In this document: positions 51,226 to 61,654 of the stretch, piece after piece
Layout of the letters: every line of letters begins with the position of its first letter
Position numbering within the stretch: the first letter of the stretch is position 1
DNA from: an uncultured Chloroflexia bacterium
GTDB lineage: Bacteria > Chloroflexota > Chloroflexia > Thermomicrobiales > Thermomicrobiaceae
Assembly (NCBI GenBank): GCA_963725815.1
Contig: CAVSAD010000007.1
Location: 168,372 to 232,371, forward strand
Reading direction: 5' to 3'
DNA length: 64,000 nucleotides
The notes under the pieces: model-generated
What the model was told of the DNA's origin: nothing
Seen by the model: only the letters and a program-made list of their open reading frames with translations
Databases searched by the model: none
Position numbers and translations under genes: made by a program

Positions 51226-52335
51226 TCAGACCGGGACGTGCTGTTCGGACAGGATCTGGTCGATCTCTTCCTTGAGTGCCGCGACGATGTCGCTCTCCTC
51301 GACCTTGCGCACGATCTTGCCCTTGCGGAAAATCACACCCTTGCCGCGTCCGGCGGCAACCCCAACGTCGGAATCGCGCGCTTCGCCAGGGCCGTTTACG
51401 ACACAGCCCATGACTGCCACTTTGATGGGCGCTTTGATCGTCTTGAGATAGTCGTCGACCTCGTTCGCCAGCTTGAACAGATCGACTTCGACACGCCCGC
51501 AGGTCGGGCAGGCGACGAGCGTGGCACCATGCTGGCGTAGTCCAAGGCTCTTGAGAATCTCGAATCCGACGTACACCTCTTCAACCGGGTCGGTCGTCAG
51601 GGAGACGCGGATCGTGTCGCCGATGCCTTCGGCGAGCAGCGTTCCGATGCCGACGGCTGATCGTACCGAGCCCGATTTTGGCGTGCCAGCCTCGGTGACG
51701 CCGAGGTGCAACGGATAATCGTTCAGCTTTGCCATACGGCGATAGGCTTCCAGCATAATCGGAACCTCAAACGCCTTGAGCGAGATCTTGATGTCACCGA
51801 AATCGAGGTCTTCGAGGATCTTCACGTGCCCGATAGCGGTTCGCACCATATGCTCGGCGACGAGTTCGATCTGAGTGGCGTTGCTTTGCGCCATCTCGTC
51901 GACGAAGTCCTTCGACATCGGAGGAACAGAACCGAAGTTGACCCCGATACGAATCGGGATGCTCCGCCCTTTTGCCTCGCGCACGACTTCACGGACGTCT
52001 TCAGGCTTGCGAATGTTGCCGGGGTTCAGACGGAGGCCATGGATGCCCGCCTCAATCGCCTTGAGCGCCAGTGTGTGCTCGAAATGAATGTCGGCGATGA
52101 GTGGAACGGGAGAAAATGGAACGATGTCTGGGAGGGCGGCAGCCGCGACGCGGTCCGGCACGGCAATACGCACGATTTCGCAACCGGCGTCCGCCAGTTC
52201 CTGAATCTGTGCCAGAGTCGCTTTTGGATCGCGGGTGTCCGATGTCGCCATCGACTGGACGACGATTGGAGCACCGCCGCCGATCTGAACATTTCCTACG
52301 TGAAGCGCGCGTGTCTTGCGACGCGATTCAACCAT
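51226..52335 (-). CDS. ispG: 4-hydroxy-3-methylbut-2-en-1-yl diphosphate synthase
   Basis: VGNVQIGGGAPIVVQSM, IADIHF, CPTCGR, GCVVNGPGE. Confidence 0.95.
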   Translation of the reverse strand: MVESRRKTRALHVGNVQIGGGAPIVVQSMATSDTRDPKATLAQIQELADAGCEIVRIAVPDRVAAAALPDIVPFSPVPLIADIHFEHTLALKAIEAGIHGLRLNPGNIRKPEDVREVVREAKGRSIPIRIGVNFGSVPPMSKDFVDEMAQSNATQIELVAEHMVRTAIGHVKILEDLDFGDIKISLKAFEVPIMLEAYRRMAKLNDYPLHLGVTEAGTPKSGSVRSAVGIGTLLAEGIGDTIRVSLTTDPVEEVYVGFEILKSLGLRQHGATLVACPTCGRVEVDLFKLANEVDDYLKTIKAPIKVAVMGCVVNGPGEARDSDVGVAAGRGKGVIFRKGKIVRKVEESDIVAALKEEIDQILSEQHVPV

Positions 52336-52432
52336 TCGAGGGTTACCTCCTACGTCGATCTGAGTCTGTGTTCATGTAGCCTAGATCGATCTGCGGATTT
52401 GCAAAGTAGCGGCGACGTCCACTGACACCTCG

Positions 52433-53782
52433 TCAGCGGAGGAACGACTGGCCATGGACGATTCGAGTGATGTCCGCGAATGCCACCACGAGCATAAAGA
52501 GGAGCAGGATCACCAGTCCCACGAAATGCACGATACCCTCTTTTTCCGGTGGGACCTTCTTGCCTCGCACCGTTTCGATCACGATGAACATCAGTCGACC
52601 GCCGTCCAACGCGGGGAACGGAAGCAAGTTCAGCACCGCGAGATTCAACGAAAGCAGCACCATGATGTTGACGAGCGTCGCCCAGACAGGTGCGCTGCTC
52701 GCTTTGATCACTTCTGACGTGAGCTGCCCCATTCCGATTGGACCGGCGATGCCCTGAATCGGGACTTCGCCCCGAACCAGAAGCGCGAGTCCGTGGAACA
52801 TCTGGCTCAGCGTATCCAGTGTCTGTTTGATTCCCTGCGGCACGACCTTCCACCACGCGACTGATCGCATGATGGAATCCTGGGTCGCGGTGACGCCTGA
52901 ATTCAGTTGGTCCAAGGTAGCGGAGTTCGGCACCACATACTGAAGCGTAACGTCCCGGCCGTCACGTGATACGACGAACGGAATCGTCTTGCCCTTGTTA
53001 TCCAGGATTGAAAAGCGGTAGCTGATCGCGTCTTCGATCTTCACGCCGTTGATCGTTTTGACGATGTCACCCGGCTGAATGCCGGCTGCCGATGCGGCGG
53101 AGTTGGACACGACCGTGTCGACCTTGATTAACGCGTGCACGGCGTCGTCGAGTTGTATGCCGACTTTCCCTTGTCCCGGCGGCGGGTTCGTGCGCGGTGT
53201 TACGGTCGCCTGGATTTGCTGGTCACCTCGAAGAAGCGCGAGCGCCACCGGCTCACCCGCTTTGGCGTTGATCTGGTCGATCGCTTGCGTGACGGTCGAG
53301 ATCGACTTGCCGTCGATCGACACGATTCGATCTCCCGCCTGCATCGTTGTCTGGGCGGCCGGCGAATCCGGCTGAACTCCAGTGATGTACGCCCGGCTGG
53401 TGGATTCACCACGAGAACCAACCAGAACGATCATCAGGACGAACGCCAGCAGGAAGTTCATCAACGATCCGGCCGCGAAGAACAATGTTCGTTGCAGCTT
53501 GGATTTGGACTGCATGCTGTCGGGTGAGTAGGACTTGCCATCCTCCCCGAGAACACGAACGAATCCACCAATCGGTAGGAGGTTGATCGAGTAGAGGACT
53601 CCGCCACGTCGAATGCCGAAGAGCCGCGGTGGAATGCCAATACCGAACTCTTCGACCTTGATACCAACCAGCTTCGCCGAAACGAAGTGACCGAGTTCGT
53701 GGATGAGAATCAATACGCCGAGGATTGGAATGATGTAGAGTGCGTCGCTCAAATGCCGGCCTTCAGTTACCAAAACATGCAA
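52433..53782 (-). CDS. rseP: RIP site-2 metalloprotease RseP (M50) with PDZ domains
   Basis: HELGHF, two PDZ-like segments and NLLPFPALDGG. The likely start is TTG 53752 (GAAGG RBS); the ORF is open to 53782. Confidence 0.9.
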   Translation of the reverse strand: MHVLVTEGRHLSDALYIIPILGVLILIHELGHFVSAKLVGIKVEEFGIGIPPRLFGIRRGGVLYSINLLPIGGFVRVLGEDGKSYSPDSMQSKSKLQRTLFFAAGSLMNFLLAFVLMIVLVGSRGESTSRAYITGVQPDSPAAQTTMQAGDRIVSIDGKSISTVTQAIDQINAKAGEPVALALLRGDQQIQATVTPRTNPPPGQGKVGIQLDDAVHALIKVDTVVSNSAASAAGIQPGDIVKTINGVKIEDAISYRFSILDNKGKTIPFVVSRDGRDVTLQYVVPNSATLDQLNSGVTATQDSIMRSVAWWKVVPQGIKQTLDTLSQMFHGLALLVRGEVPIQGIAGPIGMGQLTSEVIKASSAPVWATLVNIMVLLSLNLAVLNLLPFPALDGGRLMFIVIETVRGKKVPPEKEGIVHFVGLVILLLFMLVVAFADITRIVHGQSFLR

Positions 53783-54014
53783 ACCGCGACAGCGATTGCA
53801 GGGTCGTCGCCGCGGGCCGAGCCTAATGGTACTTACATGCTGATACGCACGTCAATTTTCCCGGGCCAGTTTGGGACCGGAAAAGGACTTTTAGCCCGAC
53901 CTTGCTCTGTATCATGTTAGAATGTCTCGGCCGTTTGATCGACTGTTACATGAGCGGCCGTTCTGCAACTTTTCCGTTCGCGGGGAAGGTAGTGGTGGAG
54001 GTTGGGTAGCGCTC

Positions 54015-55127
54015 ATGCTCATCGGGGTGCCGAAAGAGATCAAGGATAACGAAAATCGTGTCTCGACCACGCCGGCCGGCGTGGCCGAATACGTTCATCA
54101 CGGTCATTCAGTGATCGTGGAGCGATCCGCCGGGATCGGGAGTGGTTTCTCGGATGAGGAATACGCCACGGCGGGCGCGGCGCTCATCGACACGCACGAG
54201 GAAGTATTTGCTCGCGCGGACATGATCATTAAGGTGAAAGAGCCGATCTCCAGCGAGTACCCGCTGCTGCGCAAGGATCAGATCCTTTATACCTACTTGC
54301 ATCTGGCGGCTGAAGAATCGCTGACCAAGGTTTTGATGGACCAGGGTGTAGCGTCGGTTGCCTATGAGACGGTGCAGCTTCCCGATCGTTCGCTGCCCTT
54401 GCTCGCGCCGATGAGTGAGGTCGCGGGCCGGATGGCGGTTCAGGTGGGCGCGCAGTATCTCATGAAAACGTATGGCGGTCGCGGCCTGCTGCTGGGCGGG
54501 GTCGCCGGGGTTCCTCCGGCAAAGGTCGTGGTAGTCGGTGGTGGAATCGTCGGCACGAACGCAGCGCAGATCGCACTCGGAATGGGCGCCGCGGTCACGA
54601 TCATCGACCTCAATGTCGAGCGCTTGCGGTATCTCGATCACGTACTTCACGGTCGGCTCACAACGCTCGCGTCCAACCGGCGAAACGTCGCGGACGCGGT
54701 GGCGGATGCGGATCTCGTGGTCGGCGCGGTCCTCATTCCCGGCGCGAAAGCCCCGAAGCTGGTGACGAAGGATATGGTCGCTGACATGCGTCCCGGCTCT
54801 GTCATCGTAGATGTGGCCATCGATCAGGGCGGGTGCATCGAGACCGTCAGGCCGACAACGCACAGCTCGCCGACTTTCGTCGTCGACGGCGTGGTTCACT
54901 ACGGGGTGACGAACATGCCAGGGGCCGTGCCGCGAACCAGCACGCTCGCACTCAGTAACGTGACGCTGCCGTTTGGGCTGAAACTTGCCGACATGGGGCT
55001 GGAACGAGCGGTGAGCGCGGATCAGTCGCTGGCAAAAGGTGTGAACGTCTACCGCGGAAAGATCACGTATCAGTCGGTTGCGGACGCCTTTGGCTTGACA
55101 TACACACCATTATTAGACCTGTTATAG
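54015..55127 (+). CDS. ald: alanine dehydrogenase
   Basis: MLIGVPKEIKDNENRV and the NAD fold VVVVGGGIVGTNAA. The ORF is open from 53922 but the family N-terminus is at ATG 54015. Confidence 0.93.
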   Translation: MLIGVPKEIKDNENRVSTTPAGVAEYVHHGHSVIVERSAGIGSGFSDEEYATAGAALIDTHEEVFARADMIIKVKEPISSEYPLLRKDQILYTYLHLAAEESLTKVLMDQGVASVAYETVQLPDRSLPLLAPMSEVAGRMAVQVGAQYLMKTYGGRGLLLGGVAGVPPAKVVVVGGGIVGTNAAQIALGMGAAVTIIDLNVERLRYLDHVLHGRLTTLASNRRNVADAVADADLVVGAVLIPGAKAPKLVTKDMVADMRPGSVIVDVAIDQGGCIETVRPTTHSSPTFVVDGVVHYGVTNMPGAVPRTSTLALSNVTLPFGLKLADMGLERAVSADQSLAKGVNVYRGKITYQSVADAFGLTYTPLLDLL

Positions 55128-55314
55128 TGTTACAATCCGGCGTACGAACGATCTGGCGTTAAGAGGGGCGCCTGGCTGGCAAAGACGTCGGTTGTCTTGC
55201 AGCTGAGCGTTTGTCGAACATACTGAACCGGCCGGCTCGCACGGCTGCGCGAGTGGTTGCGTCATTCAGTGTGGCGGCGAAGATCGACGCTCGTTGGGAT
55301 GGAGGGGCGAACAC

Positions 55315-56239
55315 ATGGAGGAACTCATCGGGCGTTTTTTGGAAGGGCTCGAGGGGGATAAGGGCTTCTCTCCAAATACGGTGTCAGCGTACCGAAACGA
55401 TCTTGGCCAGTTCGCTGACTACCTGAAACGAACCTGTTCACTCCAAAGCTGGCCCGAACTGACCGACGTGCATCTGACCGGTTTCGTGCTATTTCTTCGT
55501 GAACGACGATACGCGAACTCTACCGTAGCGCGTAAGGTCGCGGCCGTGCGATCGTTCTGCCATTTCTTGATCGACGAACGGCTGCTTCGACATGATCCGT
55601 CATCGTCGCTTCCCTCTCCTCGCGTTGACAAGTTTGTCCCGCGAGCGATCTCGCACGAAGAAATGAACGCATTGCTGTCTCATGCCTCGGAGCACCGTAC
55701 TCCGGAAGGATTGCGCGATCTGGCGATGCTCAAGACGCTCTACTCAACCGGAATGCGCGTGAGTGAGCTCACGTCACTTGATACCTGCGACATCGATCTG
55801 TTTGCCAAGAATCTTTCGTGCGGGCGGAAGCCGGATCGCAGCCGCACGGTTCCACTTTCCGATACGGCTGCCGAAGCCCTCACCGTCTATCTGGAAACCG
55901 GTCGACCGCTGTTGCACCAGGACGGCGACGAGTCCGCCGTCTTCCTGAACCATCGAGGGTCTCGTCTCACGCGGCAGGGGTTCTGGCTGATCCTGAAGGC
56001 ACACGCCGAAGCGGCGAAGTGTCGCGGACATTACGCCACACACCATTCGGCACACGTTCGCCGCGCATGCCCTGAACGACGGTCATGAGTTGCGCGACGT
56101 TCAACGCATTCTTGGACACATGAGTATCTCGACCACGCAGGTGTATCAGCAGGTCGCGACACAGATCACCCCGGCACACACGGAAGCCTTGCTCGTCGGC
56201 AATGCGACGTCATGCTACGATTCGAGCGGAGAAGAGTAG
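55315..56239 (+). pseudogene. xerD: tyrosine recombinase XerD-like, with one frame break near 56018-56027
   Basis: The N-terminal SAM-like domain (FSPNTVSAYRNDL) runs through ...[10 protein letters not shown] in frame 1. The catalytic tail [42 protein letters not shown] continues in frame 2 to TAG 56237-56239. Confidence 0.8.
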
Positions 56240-56311
56240 CGATCGTCTACGTCGACGCATGAGGGTACCCATAAGTTCCGCATTCCCTCATCGCGAATAG
56301 AATGATGTGAC

Positions 56312-56345
56312 CCCCTCGTCTCTTCTGCGACGAGGGGTTCTTGTG
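56312..56345 (+). terminator. intrinsic terminator after xerD
   Basis: CCCCTCGTC-tcttctgc-GACGAGGGG followed by TTCTTGTG. Confidence 0.6.
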
Positions 56346-56383
56346 AATTCGAGCTTTGATTATTCACGGAGGCAGTGGAAACC

Positions 56384-57793
56384 ATGAGCGAGCATCAGCG
56401 GCCCGACGTAACCATGGACACGATTGTGTCGCTCGCTCGACGGCGTGGGTTCGTCTTTCCCGGCAGCGAGATTTACGGGGGCCTGGCCAACACCTGGGAT
56501 TACGGGCCTCTTGGAGTCGAACTGAAGCGGAACATCAAGAACGCCTGGTGGGAATTCTTCGTTCACGGCCGCGAGGATATCGTGGGGCTCGACGGCAGCA
56601 TCCTGCTGCACCCGCGAACCTGGGAAGCATCCGGGCACGTCGCGGAGTTTCAATGACCCGCTGATCGATTGCCGGAATTGCCGGACGCGCTATCGCGCGG
56701 ACTCTCTCATCGAAGAGAAGCTCAACCGCTCCGGCGAAGGACTGCCGCTTGCCGAACTCACCGAAATCATCCGGTCCAGCAACATCGCCTGCCCGGTCTG
56801 CGGCGTCCGCGACTGGACTGACGTGCGCCAATTCAACCTGATGTTCCAGACGGTTCTCGGACCAGTTGAGTCGTCGGGGACCTCGGTCTACTTGCGACCC
56901 GAAACCGCGCAGGCGATCTTCCTCGATTACCGCAGCGTGATGCAGTCGAGTCGAACCAAGATTCCGTTCGGCATCGGGCAGATCGGCAAGGCCTTCCGCA
57001 ACGAGATCACTCCGGGCAACTTCATCTTCCGCCTGCTCGAGTTTGAGTTGATGGAGATCGAGTACTTCATCCGGGAGGCAGAGTGGCAGCCCACGTTTGA
57101 CTCGTGGCTGGAGCAGATTAGCGCCTTCTTCCGCTCGCTTGGGCTGCGCGGCGATCGCTTGCGGACTCGTGAGCATACCCCGGACGAGATGTCCCATTAT
57201 TCAAAGCGAACCGTCGACTACGAGTATCAGTTCCCGTTCGGCTGGAAGGAACTCTGCGGTCTCGCGTATCGAATTGATTTCGATCTCCGGCGTCATACTG
57301 AGTTCAGCGGGGTCGACCTCTCCTACTTCGAGCAGCAGACGGGCGAACGATTCATGCCACATGTGATCGAGCCGGCGATGGGCGTGGATCGCCTACTGTT
57401 GACCATCCTGCTGGACGCGTACGACGAGGAAGAGGCGCAGGATATCAACGGCAAACCGTATACCCGCGTGGTGCTGCGGCTTCACCCGAAAGTCGCGCCG
57501 TATCAGGTCGCCGTATTGCCGCTCATGCGCAAGCCGGACTCGTCGACAAAGCGTCTGAGATCCAGTCCATGTTGAGACGGTCGTTCTCAGTGGAATACGA
57601 CGAGACGCAAAGCATTGGGCGACGCTACCGACGCCAGGATGAGATCGGTACGCCGTTCTGCGTGACGATCGACTATGAGACGCTCGACGACGGCGCGGTC
57701 ACGATTCGCGAACGCGAGACGATGTCTCAGGAGCGAGTTGCGATCGATGATTTGGCACGAGTACTCGGCGAGAAGATCGCGAACTGGGACTAG
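56384..57793 (+). pseudogene. glyQS: glycine--tRNA ligase (alpha2 type), with two frame breaks
   Basis: [25 protein letters not shown]...GHVAEF / [16 protein letters not shown]...[25 protein letters not shown]...AVLPLMRK / [12 protein letters not shown]...[23 protein letters not shown]. Breaks are at T-run 56648-56650 and C-run 57544-57545. Confidence 0.88.
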
Positions 57794-57824
57794 GGCGCCG
57801 TGTGGCGCATGCGGAGACGAGGTC

Positions 57825-58688
57825 TCAGAGCTCGTCTTCGCCGACGATACGTTTGTACAGGCCGTCGAGCTCTTCGTCGGAGAAGTAATGAATGACCAGC
57901 CGACCGCCCGTGCGGCCGCGCTGCAACTCCACCTTGGTCCCCAGAGCTTTGCGAAATCCCGCGACGACATGCTGTTCGGCGGGCGGAAGCTCGTCCTTCA
58001 GTGGTGGCGTCGCCGAGCGCGCGGTGTGCCAGTCTCGCACGAGCCGCTCCGTCTGCCGGACGTTCAAATCTCGCGAGAGGACGATCTGGAGGGCGGCGAG
58101 TTGATCGACCTTGTACTCGAGCCCGAGCAGGGCGCGGGCGTGCCCCTCGCTGATCTTGCGTGTTGTCACGGCTGACTTGATTTCATCCGGCGCGTTCAGA
58201 ATGCGTAAGGCATTCGTGATCGTCACACGACTCTTTCCGACCCGATCAGCAACTTCAGCCTGCGTCAATCCGAATTCGTCGGTCAACTGACGATAGGCCG
58301 TCGCCTCTTCGATGACCGACAGATCGGCCCTCTGAACGTTTTCAATCAGCGCCAATTCGAGCATTTCGCGCGGGCTGGAATCGCGGATGATGGCGGGAAT
58401 CGTACTCAGCCCGGCTCGCTTCGCGGCGCGCCAGCGGCGCTCACCAGCCACGATCTGAAACGGAGCGTTGTTGTCCGCGCGAGAGACGATGATGGGCTGC
58501 AAAACTCCGTGCTCGCGGATAGATGCCCCCAGGCCGTCCAGCGCGTCACTGTCGAACTCCTCACGCGGTTGGAGAGGGTTGGGCGTGACCGAATCGATAT
58601 CCAACTCCTGAACACCGCCGGACAGATCGGAGTGAGACTGGATGAGCGCGTCGAGTCCCCGGCCGAGTCCGCCTCTTCGCTGAGCCAT
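57825..58688 (-). CDS. parB: chromosome partitioning protein ParB/Spo0J
   Basis: MAQRRGGLGRGLDALI, QPREEFD, IVAGERRWRAAKRAGL, and an HTH. The ORF extension to 58874 is Cys/Asp-rich junk. No parA is adjacent. Confidence 0.9.
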   Translation of the reverse strand: MAQRRGGLGRGLDALIQSHSDLSGGVQELDIDSVTPNPLQPREEFDSDALDGLGASIREHGVLQPIIVSRADNNAPFQIVAGERRWRAAKRAGLSTIPAIIRDSSPREMLELALIENVQRADLSVIEEATAYRQLTDEFGLTQAEVADRVGKSRVTITNALRILNAPDEIKSAVTTRKISEGHARALLGLEYKVDQLAALQIVLSRDLNVRQTERLVRDWHTARSATPPLKDELPPAEQHVVAGFRKALGTKVELQRGRTGGRLVIHYFSDEELDGLYKRIVGEDEL

Positions 58689-58790
58689 CCTGTTCCCCTC
58701 ACGATTGCCCTGAAGACTGCCGCCTGAGTGTAACACGGTGAACCGCCCACATCGGTCTATAATCAGCGCTGGCTCTCCGCTTGAGCCACA

Positions 58791-59756
58791 ATGGAAAGGG
58801 CAAATCGGTTGTCGGTCGTATTGAGTTTCGGCTTCATCGTCATCCTCGTCGCAGTCGTCTCCGCATGGGCACACCGGGCACAGAACAATCGAACACTTCG
58901 CATCGCGCTCTACGCTGTTACCGGCACGTTGAGCATCGTAATGCTGCTGGTCGGCGTGACTTCGATGGTCGTCAACATCAACGGGAGTCGAGGGACGGTC
59001 ACGGCGAACAGCATTCTGATCGTCGCCACCGCGGCGGCTATCGGTCTCCCGCTTTTGCGGCCGCTGAGGGTCGCGCTCAGCACGTTGATGCCATTTGACC
59101 CCGGCTCAACTCCCGATATGATGGGCCTCTCGGTTCTCCTGGCGACGGCGATTTTCTTTGGCGGCACGTCACTCCAGACGGGTGCGAAAGTTGACGTCTC
59201 CTCAGTCAGCGCGACTGAACTGGTGACGCAGGCGTTTGCCCTGGTTTTTATTGCTTACTTTGGCGTCGGTTTTCTCATGACCCGTGATTTTCGCGGAGCA
59301 ACAGACCGGCTGGGGTTACAGTCCATCACGTTGCAGCAGTTGACCCGGGCGGTGCTGCTCGTTATCGCGCTATTCGTCGTCACCATCGTGTCGAGCCTGC
59401 TCACGCTTGCCTTTCAGCCTCAATTCGAGAAACAGATTCAGCAGAACCTGGGAACGATGACGCAGAATCTGTCCTCCTTCGGAGGTGCGTTGATTCTCGG
59501 GATTTCCGCGGGAGTTGGAGAGGAGATTCTGTTTCGAGGCGCCGTTCAACCGCGCTACGGAATCGTCTTCACGTCGCTCGTATTTGCGTCACTCCACGTT
59601 CAGTACGGGATCAGCCTGACGATTCTGGGGATCTTCCTCGTCAGCGTCATGCTCGGCATCGAGAGAAAGCGCGCAAATACGACTGCTGCTCTGGTCACGC
59701 ACGTTCTTTACGACGTCCTGGCGGTGATGCTGCCGATCCTGCTGCGCGGCTCGTAA
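58791..59756 (+). CDS. CPBP family intramembrane glutamic endopeptidase (CAAX/Abi)
   Basis: Polytopic, with EEILFRGAVQ, FASLHV and a distal H motif (VTHVLYD). Confidence 0.8.
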   Translation: MERANRLSVVLSFGFIVILVAVVSAWAHRAQNNRTLRIALYAVTGTLSIVMLLVGVTSMVVNINGSRGTVTANSILIVATAAAIGLPLLRPLRVALSTLMPFDPGSTPDMMGLSVLLATAIFFGGTSLQTGAKVDVSSVSATELVTQAFALVFIAYFGVGFLMTRDFRGATDRLGLQSITLQQLTRAVLLVIALFVVTIVSSLLTLAFQPQFEKQIQQNLGTMTQNLSSFGGALILGISAGVGEEILFRGAVQPRYGIVFTSLVFASLHVQYGISLTILGIFLVSVMLGIERKRANTTAALVTHVLYDVLAVMLPILLRGS

Positions 59757-59920
59757 CACTCGATCCGGTCACGATTCGTTCACCATCTGCGTACCGAGAT
59801 TCCCCGGCAGTCTCGACGTCCGACACGCTCGACGCGATCTCGACATCGTCGGACGATGGTTGCGATGAGCGCACTCCCGCGAATCCAGATCCAGTTTTTG
59901 TTCCATGCGCCGAAAGGCTT

Positions 59921-61654
59921 CTACGGACCGTTCCCCGTGGTGCTGGCGGGACCACCGGTCGAGGTGGTATTCGCGGCCGGAGGCGTCCCTGTCGGAGTCG
60001 CTGTGGACGAAGCCGGCGTGGCGGTGGCGGTTGGGCTGGCAATCGGCGTGGGCGTCAGCAGGTCGCCGTGGCCCGATGTGTCGGGGTAAAGAGCCCAGCT
60101 ACCGTTGTTATAGACCACGTAGACGAATCCCTGATCGCTGTACAGCATGATGCCGTTGGCGAACGTTTGGAAGCTGCCGCCGCTCTGATCCATGAGGTGC
60201 GCGTTTTGCTCAACCGCGTAGCCGATGGAGGTTGCCAGGCTCGGGTCACTGTTCCAAACCTTCCAGAAGTTCTCCTTTGGAACCCAGAGCCCGGCATCGG
60301 GACCCGCGCCGCCACCTTCTCCGTCGGCGGCAGTCCAGGTGTCGGCTTCCTTGATCCACTGTCCGTTCGAGAAGAAGACGTAGATCTCGCCCTGGTCGTA
60401 CCGCTCATACATGGTGCCGCGCTGGAAACCAAGCTCCGAGGCGTTCATGACAGCCTCGCTGTTTGTCGGGGCTCCGAGCTTCGCCTGCACGTCCGTGTTG
60501 GCCCAATAGACGCTGCCAAACGCACCGGTCACCGGAACAACGTCCGGTGATGGTGTTGCGGCGGACGCCGTTCCGGTGGGCGTCGGCGTGACGGCCGTCG
60601 TCGCCGTCGGAGTCGCGGGAACACTCGTTGCCGTCGCGGTAGGAACCGGCGTCGATGGCGGTGGAGTTGACGTTGGCGGCGGCGTCGTGGTTGGCGTCGT
60701 CCCGGTTGCAGCCGTCTTGGTCGGAACCGGGGTGGGCGTTGGCGTACGAGTGGCTGTCGTTGGCGTGCTGGTTGCTGTCGGCAACGAGGACCGTTCCGTC
60801 GCGGTCGCGGATCCCCCGGTGCCGCTTGCTGCGGTGACGGTTTCGGTCGCGCCCGGTGATGAGCTTGTTGGGGTCGGCGAGACAATTGCAATTGCCGGCT
60901 CTTGGGTCGGCGGTATCGTCAAGTTGGCGGTGCTGGTTGCCACCGGCGTCGGCGTGTTCTGTTGTGCGGTGTTGGACGTCGGGCTTGTCCTGAAGGCAAT
61001 CGCCCACGTTTTACCAAGACTGTGACCATACGTGTCTTTAGCAGTGCCCAGCACCATGACCTGATAATTGGTATCCGGCAGGAACAGTGTGCTCTGAGAC
61101 GCGCTGGACCCGAGGATCAAGGTATTGCCGTCCCAGCTCGTGGGAATGCGCGATCGTTCACCAGGCGGCCAGATCTGCAGGTTCTCCTCGACCGAAGAAT
61201 GGTTCATCGGCTTGTTGAACTCGATCTTCACAGGCTGGTAAACGGGCCAACTCTGGGCCGAAGCCGGAACCGAACTTGCCACGGTCGGGGTCAGTGACTG
61301 GTTGTACCCACGGACGAGCAGAAACGCGCTGATGACCGCGAGTATGGCCAGTGCCGCGGCGGTCGACAGCCCAATTTTCGCGGTCGTCGCACCAAACACG
61401 CGACGTACACCGGTGGGCCTGGGTCGTTCAACCGTTTCGGACCAGACGGAATCCGCCAGGTGTTCCGGCGGTACAGGAGTGGGTGGGAGCTCACGAAACC
61501 CGGAGCGGATTCGTTGATATTCATCAACGATCAGGCGGCATTCTTTGCACGTTGCGAGATGATGGTGGAGCGTCACGCTTTCCGACGGGGAGAGGTCCCC
61601 GTCGAAAAAGGCTGAGATCAGTGGCCTAACAGACTCACATTCTCGCCGGAACAT
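59921..61654 (-). CDS. zf-HC2 anti-sigma factor with a large extracytoplasmic region
   Basis: The N-terminal HHHLATCKECR zinc motif is followed by a single TM, an Ig-like segment (VKIEFNKPMNHSSV...YQVMVLGTAKDTYGHSL), a Thr/Pro-rich linker of about 150 aa, and two LGFP-like repeats. Overlaps the sigma gene by 37 nt. Confidence 0.75.
   Translation of the reverse strand: MFRRECESVRPLISAFFDGDLSPSESVTLHHHLATCKECRLIVDEYQRIRSGFRELPPTPVPPEHLADSVWSETVERPRPTGVRRVFGATTAKIGLSTAAALAILAVISAFLLVRGYNQSLTPTVASSVPASAQSWPVYQPVKIEFNKPMNHSSVEENLQIWPPGERSRIPTSWDGNTLILGSSASQSTLFLPDTNYQVMVLGTAKDTYGHSLGKTWAIAFRTSPTSNTAQQNTPTPVATSTANLTIPPTQEPAIAIVSPTPTSSSPGATETVTAASGTGGSATATERSSLPTATSTPTTATRTPTPTPVPTKTAATGTTPTTTPPPTSTPPPSTPVPTATATSVPATPTATTAVTPTPTGTASAATPSPDVVPVTGAFGSVYWANTDVQAKLGAPTNSEAVMNASELGFQRGTMYERYDQGEIYVFFSNGQWIKEADTWTAADGEGGGAGPDAGLWVPKENFWKVWNSDPSLATSIGYAVEQNAHLMDQSGGSFQTFANGIMLYSDQGFVYVVYNNGSWALYPDTSGHGDLLTPTPIASPTATATPASSTATPTGTPPAANTTSTGGPASTTGNGP

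Noticed and set aside
55128-56239. Integrase-marked mobile element or genomic island, given a tyrosine recombinase not far from tRNA genes
   Set aside because: The protein has the XerC/XerD-type N-terminal and catalytic motifs. It is flanked by ald and glyQS, with no direct repeats, att-like tRNA fragment, phage genes or compositional shift that I could see.
56240-56383. T-box leader upstream of glyQS
   Set aside because: The spacer is only about 145 nt and is largely occupied by the xerD terminator hairpin. No GGGTGG(T/A)ACC motif is present.
57825-58874. parS site (TGTTNCACGTGAAACA-like palindrome) near parB
   Set aside because: Scanning by eye, I found no 16-bp palindrome of this type in or around parB. 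This should be re-checked computationally before drawing any conclusion.
60540-61000. Repetitive-looking GC-rich DNA (GTCGGCGT / GGCGTCG-type reiterations) that could be mistaken for a tandem repeat or array
   Set aside because: It is the coding sequence of the Thr/Pro/Ala/Ser-rich stalk of the anti-sigma factor. The repeats are irregular and in frame, without spacer-repeat periodicity.
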